Source: Dendrobates tinctorius
Lineage: Eukaryota
Reading direction: 5' to 3'
NCBI RefSeq assembly: GCF_039654945.1
Contig: NW_027361924.1
Location: 9,920,001 to 9,984,000 of the forward strand
DNA length: 64,000 bases
Part shown: positions 25,639 to 35,239 of the stretch, one piece after another
How positions within the stretch are numbered: the first letter of the stretch is position 1
Layout: every line of letters begins with the position of its first letter
The notes under the pieces: model-generated
What the model was told of the DNA's origin: nothing
Database searches by the model: none
Seen by the model: the letters and a program-made list of their open reading frames with translations, nothing else
Program-made: the position numbers and the translations under genes

Positions 25639-26551
25639 GCAGTCTCCGAGCGCGGACAGTGGTGGCTCCGAACATGGGGGAGCTGTAAGCTCTGTAAATA
25701 ATGAGGGTCCCCGTACCAGCATTTCATTGGGGGCCATGCTGAACAACCTGCCTAGATTCTCTGGCTCAAATACTATGCTATGGAGCTGGACAGAGCGGAT
25801 GAGGGGGCTTTTTTGGATGCACCCAATGACCCCTGACCTGGAAGCTGAAGTGGCACTCATGGCCCTAGACGGGGAGGTGCGGAGGTCAGTAATGTTGAAA
25901 CCTCTGGGGCACCGCAACACTTTTGAAAAGGTGTTGCAGATAGTGGAACAGACCCACGGGGATCCCACTAATGTGGGAGAGTTAAGGACCCGTCTGTTTA
26001 GCCGGATGCAGGCAGAGGGGGAGACGATTACTCAGTATATGAATGTACTCCAAGAGTTGCATACGGCTATTGAAAGAAAAGACGGGGTAGGGGTAGGACC
26101 TGTTGACATTACCCTACGTGACCTACTGGTGACTGGACTGCGAGATCCACTGATAAAGCAGGCATTACGGGAACAGATCAGAATGAATCCCCAAATAGAC
26201 TTTTCAGAAGTGGGAAGTCAGGCACGGGTTCGGGAGCAAGAGCAGGGGATGGCGGTCCCCGTGGGGAAGGTCCGAGGTGTGGAGGCCTCCTCAAACACAG
26301 TTGAGGAACCTCAATGGGTGGAGGAGATGAAGCGAGAATTGAAAAATATTAAGAGCGAGTTGGCTGAAGTAAAGAGAAGAACCGAACCGGAGACTGGGCG
26401 ACCCAGTGTTAATCCCGGTCCCTGGGGGTCACGCTCTCCGCGGGGTGGTCAATCTCTACCGGCCCGGTGTTATGAGTGTGGAGAACCAGGCCACTTCACC
26501 CGAGAGTGTCCGCGGCGTGGGAGATACCCACCCCGGCGGCCATTAAACTAA
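25637..26551 (+). CDS. gag: Gypsy Gag, intact, 304 aa
   Basis: Capsid-like region (RMQAEGETITQY) and CCHC knuckle CYECGEPGHFTREC; ends at slippery-like A TTA AAC TAA. Confidence 0.9.
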   Translation: MQSPSADSGGSEHGGAVSSVNNEGPRTSISLGAMLNNLPRFSGSNTMLWSWTERMRGLFWMHPMTPDLEAEVALMALDGEVRRSVMLKPLGHRNTFEKVLQIVEQTHGDPTNVGELRTRLFSRMQAEGETITQYMNVLQELHTAIERKDGVGVGPVDITLRDLLVTGLRDPLIKQALREQIRMNPQIDFSEVGSQARVREQEQGMAVPVGKVRGVEASSNTVEEPQWVEEMKRELKNIKSELAEVKRRTEPETGRPSVNPGPWGSRSPRGGQSLPARCYECGEPGHFTRECPRRGRYPPRRPLN

Positions 26552-27118
26552 AGGGCTCCGGGCTGGGGGGACGCTGCTCGGAGCCGAAAACCACAACTAG
26601 GGGTGGTGGAAGTCCCGAAGATTTGGTAGCAAAGTGTCCTGAAGTTTGGGCAGAAGTAGAGGGCCGGGCCGTCCGGTGTCTGGTGGACACGGGGTCACAA
26701 GTAACCACTATGCCCGCAGCGTACTTTCAACAAAACTTTCCGGAGGCAGCAAGGCCTCAGTGGGACCCATGATTAGACTAGTAGCCACCAACCAACTGCC
26801 GGTTCCGGTTGCCGGGGTAGTGTGGGTGCAGGTGACGTTGTGCGGTAAACTCCTCGGCCGCAGAGGGGTGGTGCTGACTCAAGGAGAAGCTGATCAACGA
26901 CACCCCGTCACCCTAGGCATGAATATCTTAAAAGAGTTTGGTAACCTGTTGCTTAATGATCCCACACAAAGGACACTGAAGCAGTGGGGTTCTCGCACAG
27001 CTCAGGGACAGGTATTCCAGCAGCTGGTGCGAGGTGCGCGGGTGCATCGGGACTGCCAGGAGGGTGAGGCTCTGGGCAAGGTCATCGCGACAGCGGCACC
27101 CCTGCTTGTGCTGCCTCC
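26548..27118 (+). pseudogene. Gypsy aspartic protease, frameshifted near 26760
   Basis: CLVDTGSQVT in ORF 26476..26772 continues in another frame (IRLVATNQLPVPVAG...VTLGMNIL) in ORF 26646..27134. Confidence 0.85.
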
Positions 27119-30100
27119 TTCGAGGACCACCTGAAGCGGTTGGGACAGGTACTCAGCCGGCTGCAAAAGTACGGGTTGAAGGTGAAGCCTCAGAAATGCC
27201 ACCTATTTCGCTCTCAGATTGAGTATCTGGGTCATGTCGTTTCGGCAGAGGGTGTGAGGCCATCCCGGGAGAAGATTGCTGCTATCCAGGAATGGCCTAC
27301 CCCCGAGACGGTGAAAGACGTGCGGGCTTTTCTGGGGTTAGCTGGATATTACCGTCGTTTCGTAAAGAATTTTGCATGTCGAGCTCGAGCCCTGCATGAC
27401 CTGCTGAAGGGGGCTCCCGCTGGCGCCAATGGGCGAAAAATCCAGTGGCAACACCCTCAGGAAGAGGCCTTCCGAGATCTCAAGGCTGCACTCTCAGATG
27501 CCCCAGTGTTGGCTTATGCGGATTTCTCTCAGCCGTTCATCCTGCACACTGACGGGAGTCTTCACGGGCTAGGAGCTGTGTTGTCACAGGTTCAGGATGG
27601 CCGGGAGAGGGTGATCGCATATGGAAGCCGTTCACTCCATGACTCCGAGCGTAACCCTGACAATTACAGCTCTTTTAAGCTCGAGCTCCTCGCAGTGGTG
27701 TGGGCTATGACGGAGAGATTCGCAGAGTACCTAGCAGGCTCCGAGGTGGTAGTGCGAACTGACAACAACCCACTGGCTCATTTGGAAAACGCCAAGTTGG
27801 GGGCTTTGGAGCAGCGATGGGTGGCCCGAATGGCGAAGTATAATTACAAGATTATTTACAAAAGAGGGGCCGAGAATGTTCATGCAGATGCTCTCTCTAG
27901 GATTCGACATACAACTCCTGGACAGAATCGAGACGAAAAATTAGAAGGAGAGGAAATACCGTTCGCTCTTACTGCTGCCGTGCTCACCAATGTTGATGCA
28001 AAAGTATCTTCCCCAGAGGCCCACAGGGGCATCCTGGAACAATCTCGTGATAAGTGGATACAACAGGAACAAGAAGATGAAGAAGTTGGACTTCTCCGGA
28101 AATGGGTCGCCGCTGGTCAATTACCCACTGATACTCAACGACAAGCTTTGACCCAAGACCTGTCGCTGATGCTGCGACAATGGGAGAGACTGATTATCCG
28201 AAAGGGACTACTGTACCGTAAAATCACTTCGCAAACAACCTCAACGACTGTTTGGCAGATGGTTACGCCCGGAGCACAACTACACGAACTGGCTCGAGAG
28301 GCTCACGAAAAAGGGGCCCACTTTGGAGTCAAAAAGACTTTGCAATGGTTACAACAGAAAGTTTATCACCCCCGCTTTTCGGCTGTTGTGGAAGAAGTTT
28401 GCCGTACCTGCCGCTTATGTGAATTGGCCAAACCGCCTGCTCAGAGGGCCGCAACACAGACGATTGTGACTTCAGAACCCTTTGAGCTCCTGACGGTGGA
28501 TTATCTGCACATTGGTCCCGCATTCCAGGGATACGAACACTGCCTCGTCATGGTGGATCATTTCACCAAATTCGCTGTGGTCACCCCTACTCGAGACCAG
28601 ACCGCGGAGTCAGCCGCCTCCGCAATTTGCAGAAACTTTATACAAGTGTACGGCTGTCCTCAACGTATACATTCCGACCAGGGAGCATGTTTTTTGGGGA
28701 AAGCTATGGAGGAACTACACCATCTTTATGGGATTGATAAATCCAGGACCACACCATATCACCCGCAAGGGAATGGGGCTTGTGAGCGATTTAATCGGAC
28801 ATTGATTCAAATGCTACGCACTCTGGAGAGTGACAAGAAAGCTTGTTGGCCTGAATATGTTTCTGAATTAGTGTGGGTTTATAATAATCGGGTACATCGA
28901 GTAACGGGCTATACTCCTTATTTCCTGCTGTTCGGACGAGAGGGTAAAGGGATCACGGAGATAGAGTTGGACCCCGAAGAGCCTCGGCCCTGGACCGGAG
29001 TGTCGTCTTGGGTCCGAAATCATCGCCACAGGTTGCAAACTCTTCACCGAATTGTACATACCAAACTTCAAGACTGGGAACACCCAGGGAAGAATACAAC
29101 CTCCCCTCCCTATCTCCAAAGCGGGGACCGTGTGCTTGTACTAGATCAACGCCCCCAGAATAAACTGGAGTCATGTTGGGAAGAGAGTCCTTATCGGGTA
29201 CTACGCCGTATCCATCCAGAAGGACCTGTGTACGAAATACGGCCCGAGCAGGATGAAACACTGCCCACCCGCATTGTGCATCGTAATATGTTATGCCCGT
29301 GTATTTCCACCGACCCGAAGCAACTGGAACCTGTCCCGAAGACATCCGAACCGGAGTCCATATGCTGGGACTCGGACGACGAGGATTTCACTCCAGTTCG
29401 CAAGGGCCCTCCACCCAATAATGAGCCAGTTGACACAATTAACCCACCGGCATCTTGCAGCCCACCGACGCCCACCACCCCAGAAGATTCCACCCCAGTC
29501 GAGCTTAGACGCTCCGAGCGGTCAACAGCCGGCAAACCCCCCGAACGGTATGAACAAGACCAGTTCGTATGGCAACAAATATTGACACCTTTACAGGCCA
29601 ATCTCAATAGACTAACACCCTCGCCCGAGGACTGGCGAGCTTACAGGGTGGGGGAATGTGGGGAGGAGGACCCCCATATAGTGATTGGGCCGGAACCAGG
29701 GGGACCGCCATCAGGGTTATTGAAGAAACCACATCAGGGGAATTACAAAGGGAGACATGCGATTGAAGTTGTCAGGGCAACAGGGGGCGGGGCGAGGGTA
29801 AAAGGAGCAGGGGACGCGCTGAGGTGGCAGTTAGAGGAGAGCCTGACAGGAGAGAGAGAGGCGTGTGGCAGAGGGAGGACTGTGGCAACTGACGGTGTGA
29901 GGAAGAGAGACAGGCAGGAGACTGTCAAAGGAAAATTGGAGACTGACCGAAGAGCGACGCGTAAGAGACTCTCCCCGGGATTCCCTCCCCGCAGACATTC
30001 AGAAAAAGTGACGCCCGCTGATTCCCTCCATGGTGTGACAGGACCGGGATCTCAGGCGACCTCTGCGACGAGAGAGCAATCCGGTACAGTGGCCAGGACA

Positions 30101-30226
30101 CTGCCCCCCTGTCTTCTCCCACAGCTGCGGCCCCGTCATCACCGACCTCAGGGGACGCCACCTCGCTATAGGCGGCCGCAGAGCCCCGTCCCGGTTACTG
30201 AGGGGACACTGAGCAGAGTTTGTTAA
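27119..30226 (+). CDS. pol: Truncated Pol: RT C-terminus, RNase H and integrase, reading through into the 3' LTR
   Basis: FEDHLKRL..., LHTDGS, NYSSFKLELLA, ADALSR, HHCC zinc finger, IHSDQG, YHPQGNGACERFN. No YxDD motif present. Confidence 0.9.
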   Translation, partial: FEDHLKRLGQVLSRLQKYGLKVKPQKCHLFRSQIEYLGHVVSAEGVRPSREKIAAIQEWPTPETVKDVRAFLGLAGYYRRFVKNFACRARALHDLLKGAPAGANGRKIQWQHPQEEAFRDLKAALSDAPVLAYADFSQPFILHTDGSLHGLGAVLSQVQDGRERVIAYGSRSLHDSERNPDNYSSFKLELLAVVWAMTERFAEYLAGSEVVVRTDNNPLAHLENAKLGALEQRWVARMAKYNYKIIYKRGAENVHADALSRIRHTTPGQNRDEKLEGEEIPFALTAAVLTNVDAKVSSPEAHRGILEQSRDKWIQQEQEDEEVGLLRKWVAAGQLPTDTQRQALTQDLSLMLRQWERLIIRKGLLYRKITSQTTSTTVWQMVTPGAQLHELAREAHEKGAHFGVKKTLQWLQQKVYHPRFSAVVEEVCRTCRLCELAKPPAQRAATQTIVTSEPFELLTVDYLHIGPAFQGYEHCLVMVDHFTKFAVVTPTRDQTAESAASAICRNFIQVYGCPQRIHSDQGACFLGKAMEELHHLYGIDKSRTTPYHPQGNGACERFNRTLIQMLRTLESDKKACWPEYVSELVWVYNNRVHRVTGYTPYFLLFGREGKGITEIELDPEEPRPWTGVSSWVRNHRHRLQTLHRIVHTKLQDWEHPGKNTTSPPYLQSGDRVLVLDQRPQNKLESCWEESPYRVLRRIHPEGPVYEIRPEQDETLPTRIVHRNMLCPCISTDPKQLEPVPKTSEPESICWDSDDEDFTPVRKGPPPNNEPVDTINPPASCSPPTPTTPEDSTPVELRRSERSTAGKPPERYEQDQFVWQQILTPLQANLNRLTPSPEDWRAYRVGECGEEDPHIVIGPEPGGPPSGLLKKPHQGNYKGRHAIEVVRATGGGARVKGAGDALRWQLEESLTGEREACGRGRTVATDGVRKRDRQETVKGKLETDRRATRKRLSPGFPPRRHSEKVTPADSLHGVTGPGSQATSATREQSGTVARTLPPCLLPQLRPRHHRPQGTPPRYRRPQSPVPVTEGTLSRVC

Positions 30227-30862
30227 TGTTTATGTTTTTTTTGAAACTGCGTCATGACCTGGCTGGGGAACGAGCGCCTCTAAACGGACGCCTGGGAGAT
30301 TTTCCCCCCGAACAGTCTCTTCAGGGCCTGTTGTGCCCCACCGTTCCCATTTCTTCAGGGCCTGTTGTGCCCCACCGGTCCAGCTTCTTCAGGGCCCGTT
30401 GCGCCCCACCGTTCCCATTTCTTCAGGGCCCGTTGCGCCCCACCGTTCCCATTTCTTCAGGGCCCGTTGCGCCCCACCGTTCCAGTTTCTTCAGGGCCCG
30501 TTGCGCCCCACCGTCCAGTTTCTTCAGGGCCCGTTGCGCCCCACCGTCCAGTTTCTTCAGGGCCTGCTGTGCCTCATCGTTCTGGTTTCTTCAGGGCCGG
30601 ACGAGCACAAGTCCTTCCGGGAAATCGTGGTTCCACATCTGCAACCCCTGAGTGGTCGTGAACTCGAGCGACGCCCGGAAGGCTAAGTGCATTATAGAAC
30701 CCTTTTTGTTTTACGAGTCCCTGCGAGGACAAATAGGTGTTTCCCCTTTGTTTGTTTGAAGCAGTTTAGCCCTCGCGGCTTTAAACTTATAAAAGTTTAT
30801 TTCACCCCACATTCAGTCTCGTGTCTCGTCACTGCATCCTGTGAGCCTGCTCGAACCCTACA
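29657..30862 (+). repeat. 3' LTR (1206 bp)
   Basis: Differs from the 5' LTR by about 5 substitutions, a 1-bp indel and one extra 33-bp repeat unit. Confidence 0.97.
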
Positions 30863-30990
30863 CATACAACAGGAAGAGGATGGAGGAGCCATGCATGCAA
30901 TAGGGGGAGGACGGAGGAGCTGTGCATACAACAGGGAGAGGACGGAGGAGCCATGCATACAAAAGGAGAAGGACGGAGGAGCCATGCATA
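30863..30990. repeat. 31-bp minisatellite, right part
   Basis: Same unit as 23665-24446, split by the gypsy insertion. Confidence 0.9.
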
Positions 30991-31636
30991 CAGGGAGAGA
31001 GAGAGAATGTTTTAAGGCATTTTTATTACTTACTGCAAAGTCAAAAGTTTCCATACATTTCATTAGTTTTTGGTACCATTGCCCTTAACCCCTTAACAAC
31101 CACTGATATGCCTTTTAATGGCGGCAGTTAAGAGTCCTTATTTCTCAGCACCGCTTTTTAACGGCGCTGAGAAATAGATGTGTAGCGTCCCTCCAGCGTC
31201 AGAAAATCTCTTGGATCTCGGCTACTTGGGGGTAGCTGAGACCCCAAGAACATGATTGGGGTCGGTTTTTACTGTCCCCAGTCACATAATGGCAGTCATT
31301 CACGGAATAACGACGATCACAAAAAAAGGCCAGTTTTCCATTCATTTCTCTCTCCTCTGATATAATCTAGCATACCAGAGTGGAGAGAAATGGGGTCCTC
31401 TGAGCCGCCCCCCCTGCTACCTCTGCCATTCCCGGACCCTCCGGCTCCATCCCAAAGCCCTCTGCATCATCTTCTATAAGAAAATGGGCAGTGTGCCCAC
31501 TGAGATCTGCCGGCCAGTACCCAGCAACAATAGGAGATTTTTCCTCTTGGTTCATTTTCATCGCTCTGATAGACCCAATCACAGTGATCAAAATTAAAAA
31601 AAATAGTAAATCAAACCCCCCTTTACCACCCCCTTA

Positions 31637-32134
31637 GGCCGGTTTCACATTAGCGCTTTTTAAGCGCACGCACGGCCGGGGGTAGCTCCGCCCCCGAGCC
31701 GGCTCTCTGCCCGGCGTGCCCGCCCCTTGCTTGTAGCGCCGCCTACTAGCGGACAGCGGCACCTGCGATCGGCGCACCCTATCTTTAGCATAGGGTGCGC
31801 AGATCGTGCGCAGGCCGTGCACTAGTTGCGCTTTGACCTGCGCAGCGCACTTTTGACGGTGCGCCGTGCGCGCCAAAATCCAAAAAGTTTGATTTTGGCG
31901 CGCACGGCGCACCGTCAAAAGTGCGCAGCGCAGGTCAAAGCGCAACTAGCGCACGGCCTGCGCATGATCTGCGCACCCTATGCTAAAGATAGGGTGCGCC
32001 GATCGCAGGCGCTGCTGTCCGCTAGTAGGCGGCGCTACAAGCAAGGGGCGGGCACGCCGGGCAGAGAGCCGGCTCGGGGGCGGAGCTACCCCCGGCCGTG
32101 CGTGCGCTTAAAAAGCGCTAATGTGAAACTGGCC
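31637..32134. mobile_element. Near-perfect 498-bp palindromic Harbinger-like MITE
   Basis: ggccggtttcacattagcg ... cgctaatgtgaaactggcc; TTA on the left flank; mirror ORFs on both strands nearly identical; ~10-nt loop near 31885. Confidence 0.9.
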
Positions 32135-32179
32135 TGTTAGATAAAAATGAAATAAAAAATATTTTTTTTCCATTCTTTG

Positions 32180-32465
32180 CAGTTAGGGTTGGGACTAGGG
32201 TTTAGGTTGTGTTGGTGTTAGGATTGTGTTGGGGTTACGGTTGAGGTGTTGGGTTGTGTTGGGGTTAGGTTTGGGGATGGGGTTAGGGTTGTGTTGGGGT
32301 TACAGTTGTGTTGGGGTTACGGCTGTGGTGTTGGGGTTAGGGTTGAGGTTGGGGTTACAGTTGTGTGGGGTTAGGATTGTGTTGGGGTTACGGTTGTGGT
32401 GTTGGTGCTGGGGTTAGGCTTGAGGTGTTAGAGTTGTGTTAGAGTTAGGTTTGTGGGTGGGGTTA
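32180..32465 (+). repeat. Degenerate TTAGGG/GT-rich telomere-like repeat
   Basis: Units ttagggtt, gttggggttac, ggggttagg. Confidence 0.8.
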
Positions 32466-33769
32466 GCCGCAAGCCGCGGTCTTTCCTGCCGGCTGTGACT
32501 GCATGGAGGTGAGTGGGCAGGCAGTGGCGGCTGCGGGTGGGGTCTGGTGTGGGTTTCCCACTGGTGGTACTGCCGAAGGGCCTGGTACCACCAGCAGGTG
32601 CCATATTGGAATACCCATCACTTGGGTATTCCAATATGGCGGTCGGCGTACTTCCGGTGTGGCGAGGTAGATGGGATTCGAGGATGTCCGGACAGAAGTG
32701 GATGATGGACAATTTTAGGTAAGTATATAATAGCTGCCGATTCGGAATGAGAGAACAATCACAGCATTCTGTGAGTGGCTATGAGACTCAGTTCAATCGC
32801 ACCCATACAAGTTGATGGGTGCTAGTAAAATATGGGAGTGCCCTTGGATGTCACCTCAGTGCACTCCCATATATGCCGAGGCAAGCCATGGATGAGATGG
32901 AGAAGTTATTTTCTTCATCTTCTCCGCACCTGTACTGCGATCCTCTCATACGAGAGAATCACAACCCAGTAGCTCTCGACCGCAGCAGAGCAGGAGCCAA
33001 GGGTCATATCGCATCGGATGCCGTACACTGGTGTGATTCCAGCCTTAGAGTCAGTGTCATGCACAAATCAGTCTTTCAGATCACAGCAAACTAAGAGGGA
33101 TAATTTTTGGACCATTTTTTTATTTTAAACACAGTAACTCAAGCGCTATCTACTGGACGTAGCCATCCAAAAAGTGAATATTGACTCTTTAAAGAGTGTT
33201 GTCACATGACTTCAAATAATAAGGCAGACTTAAGACATAGTTTCTACTTTCACTTATCTATCTTAATTCATGTGACGTGACTTGTTAAAGGTTTAAAGGC
33301 TTTTTGAGTTTTTAGACTCCCAGAGGAGCATGGTCTATACATCTCCCTGTGCCAATTTACTGCTCTCCGCAAGGAAAAACGTTATCCTTTGTCCCCCTAA
33401 ATTATAAAAAAAACACGAAGTCTCTCAGCGCTGCGTTATAAAGTGCGCTTTTCCTTGTTGCTGTTGGAGACTTTGTAATCTTGTAATTTGCTGCAAATCA
33501 AATTTTAGCCTCAGAGCGCAATAAGTATTTACAGATTTACTAACAGCGAGCAGACATAGTGAAGAATATACACAGCGTCTCTTAGAAGGTGATAGATCTG
33601 TTTGATATACAAGAATATTAATCTTTATGGACAAAAAAAACCTTTCTCCACTTTGTGTAGCTTTTCATGGAGCGACACCGCCACCTTGTGGTATAATGGG
33701 GGATAGCCTGTGTAAAATCTCCGCACTCCGATACATTACTGCTCAGTGATTTACACTTTTATTATTTCA

Positions 33770-34045
33770 TAACTAAGAGAAGACACAAGTCCATCCAGGA
33801 CAACCAACACCATAATGTGGATTCAGAAGGAGGCAAAAACCTCATGAAGAAGATGCAAATTCACTGATACTAAAGGAAAATACTTACATTTGTCTTTAAT
33901 GTTAATTCTCCTCTGTGTTGTTAACCTTACAATATTTGGTATCATGTGTAAATATTAAAATGTGTTCAGCATGTCACCCACCAGATCACTTATAAATATA
34001 TTACAAAGAGGGTCCAATACTGACCCCTGTGGTATCCACTGTAAC
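33770..34045 (-). mobile_element. Deleted CR1 LINE fragment (RT motif joined to 3' UTR)
   Basis: Minus strand reads degenerate [34 protein letters not shown] (CR1 FADDTK region). CR1-like 3' UTR aagacacaagtccatc...aggcaaaaacc. Confidence 0.75.
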
Positions 34046-34680
34046 ATATGTGTCTCCTCCCATACTGACCCCTGAGATACCCTTCATTTTTAAGTGACCC
34101 CTCTATTACTGACCCCTGGGGAACCCACTGTTATATGTGATGCTCACCAATAGTGACCCCTGTGGAACTCCACTGTTATATTTGACCCCTCCAAAATTGA
34201 CCCCTATGTTTCCACACTCTTACATATGACCCATTCAATACTGACCCCTGTGATACAGTGAAATTATATGTGACCTCTCTAATACTGACCCCCCCCCTTG
34301 GTGCTCCACTGTTATATGTGACCCATCCAATACTGCCCCCTATGGTACCCCACTGTTATGTGTGACCCCTTTTATTGAAACCTCTCTAATACTGACCCCC
34401 TTGGTGCCCCACTGTCATATGTGTCGCCGCCGTTACTGACCCTTGTGGCATCCCACTGTTACATGTGAGCCTTCCATTACATACCCCTGAGGTAACTCCA
34501 CTGTTATCTATGACCGCTCCAGTACTGACCTCTTCTACCTCATTTTTCTATGTGACCCCTCCAATACTGCACCCTATGGTAAGTCACTGTTATTTGTGAC
34601 CTTTCCAATACTGACCCCTGTGGAACCCCACCATTACCTCTGACCCCTCCAATACTAATCCCTGGGGTGATTTCATTACT
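34010..34680. repeat. Degenerate ~42-45 bp minisatellite (old copy)
   Basis: About 15 diverged units of ccaatactgacccctgtggtacccactgttatatgtgacc. Confidence 0.9.
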
Positions 34681-35239
34681 CTAGTGTTTTTGAGGCGGTG
34701 CCATCCTTGCTGCAATAAAGGGAGTCAGTCAATAGGATCAACCGTCAGCCATATGTGCATGTAGGTCATAGACCGCTGAAAAATGTAATGACACCTTGAT
34801 CTCCGCGATCTGATGTCTTATTCCAGAGAAATATATGTTTTTCTTATATGTATATGACCTCTTCCAGACTATGGGGGGGACACTGAGTGGAAGATAACTC
34901 TGCTTCCAGAGCTTATATTACGTGAAGAGAAAGATACCAGTGTGAGACAAGTAACTAACACAGAGCAGGAGAACTGAACTTTGTTTTCTTACAACAGTTT
35001 TTGCAGCTCTTGAGCTCTGCTGAATTGTAACAATATTACACCCTGTCTGCCTGTGAGCTGGAGCCGGAAGATGAGAGGAACCTGCAGATATATCAGGTAT
35101 AGTCACACACAGCTCTGCAGTGAGATCCGGAGAGCAGAGAGCGGCCATTAACACATCACTCCGGTAACACCCCCTTCTCTGTAAAATAAGCTCTGAAGAC
35201 AGAGTTATCCTGCAGTCAACATCCTCTCAATAGCCTGGA

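Larger units (their letters stand above)
24447..30862 (+). mobile_element. Young Ty3/gypsy LTR retrotransposon, internally deleted (RT core missing)
   Basis: LTRs 24447-25618 and 29657-30862 (TG...CA); 4-bp TSD CATA; PBS; PPT agggtgggggaa; gag, protease, RNase H and integrase. Confidence 0.97.
31089..32470. mobile_element. piggyBac-like non-autonomous element (left part) hosting a palindrome and telomere-like repeats
   Basis: Start ttaa|ccccttaacaacc; right end not found. Confidence 0.55.

Noticed and set aside
29300-29656. env-like third ORF in any of the LTR elements
   Set aside because: No separate ORF with a signal peptide or transmembrane segment between pol and the 3' LTR.
31634-32140. 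Pair of near-identical ORFs on opposite strands
   Set aside because: A consequence of the DNA palindrome.
32180-32465. True interstitial telomere or chromosome fusion scar
   Set aside because: Highly degenerate, single orientation, and embedded in a transposon remnant.
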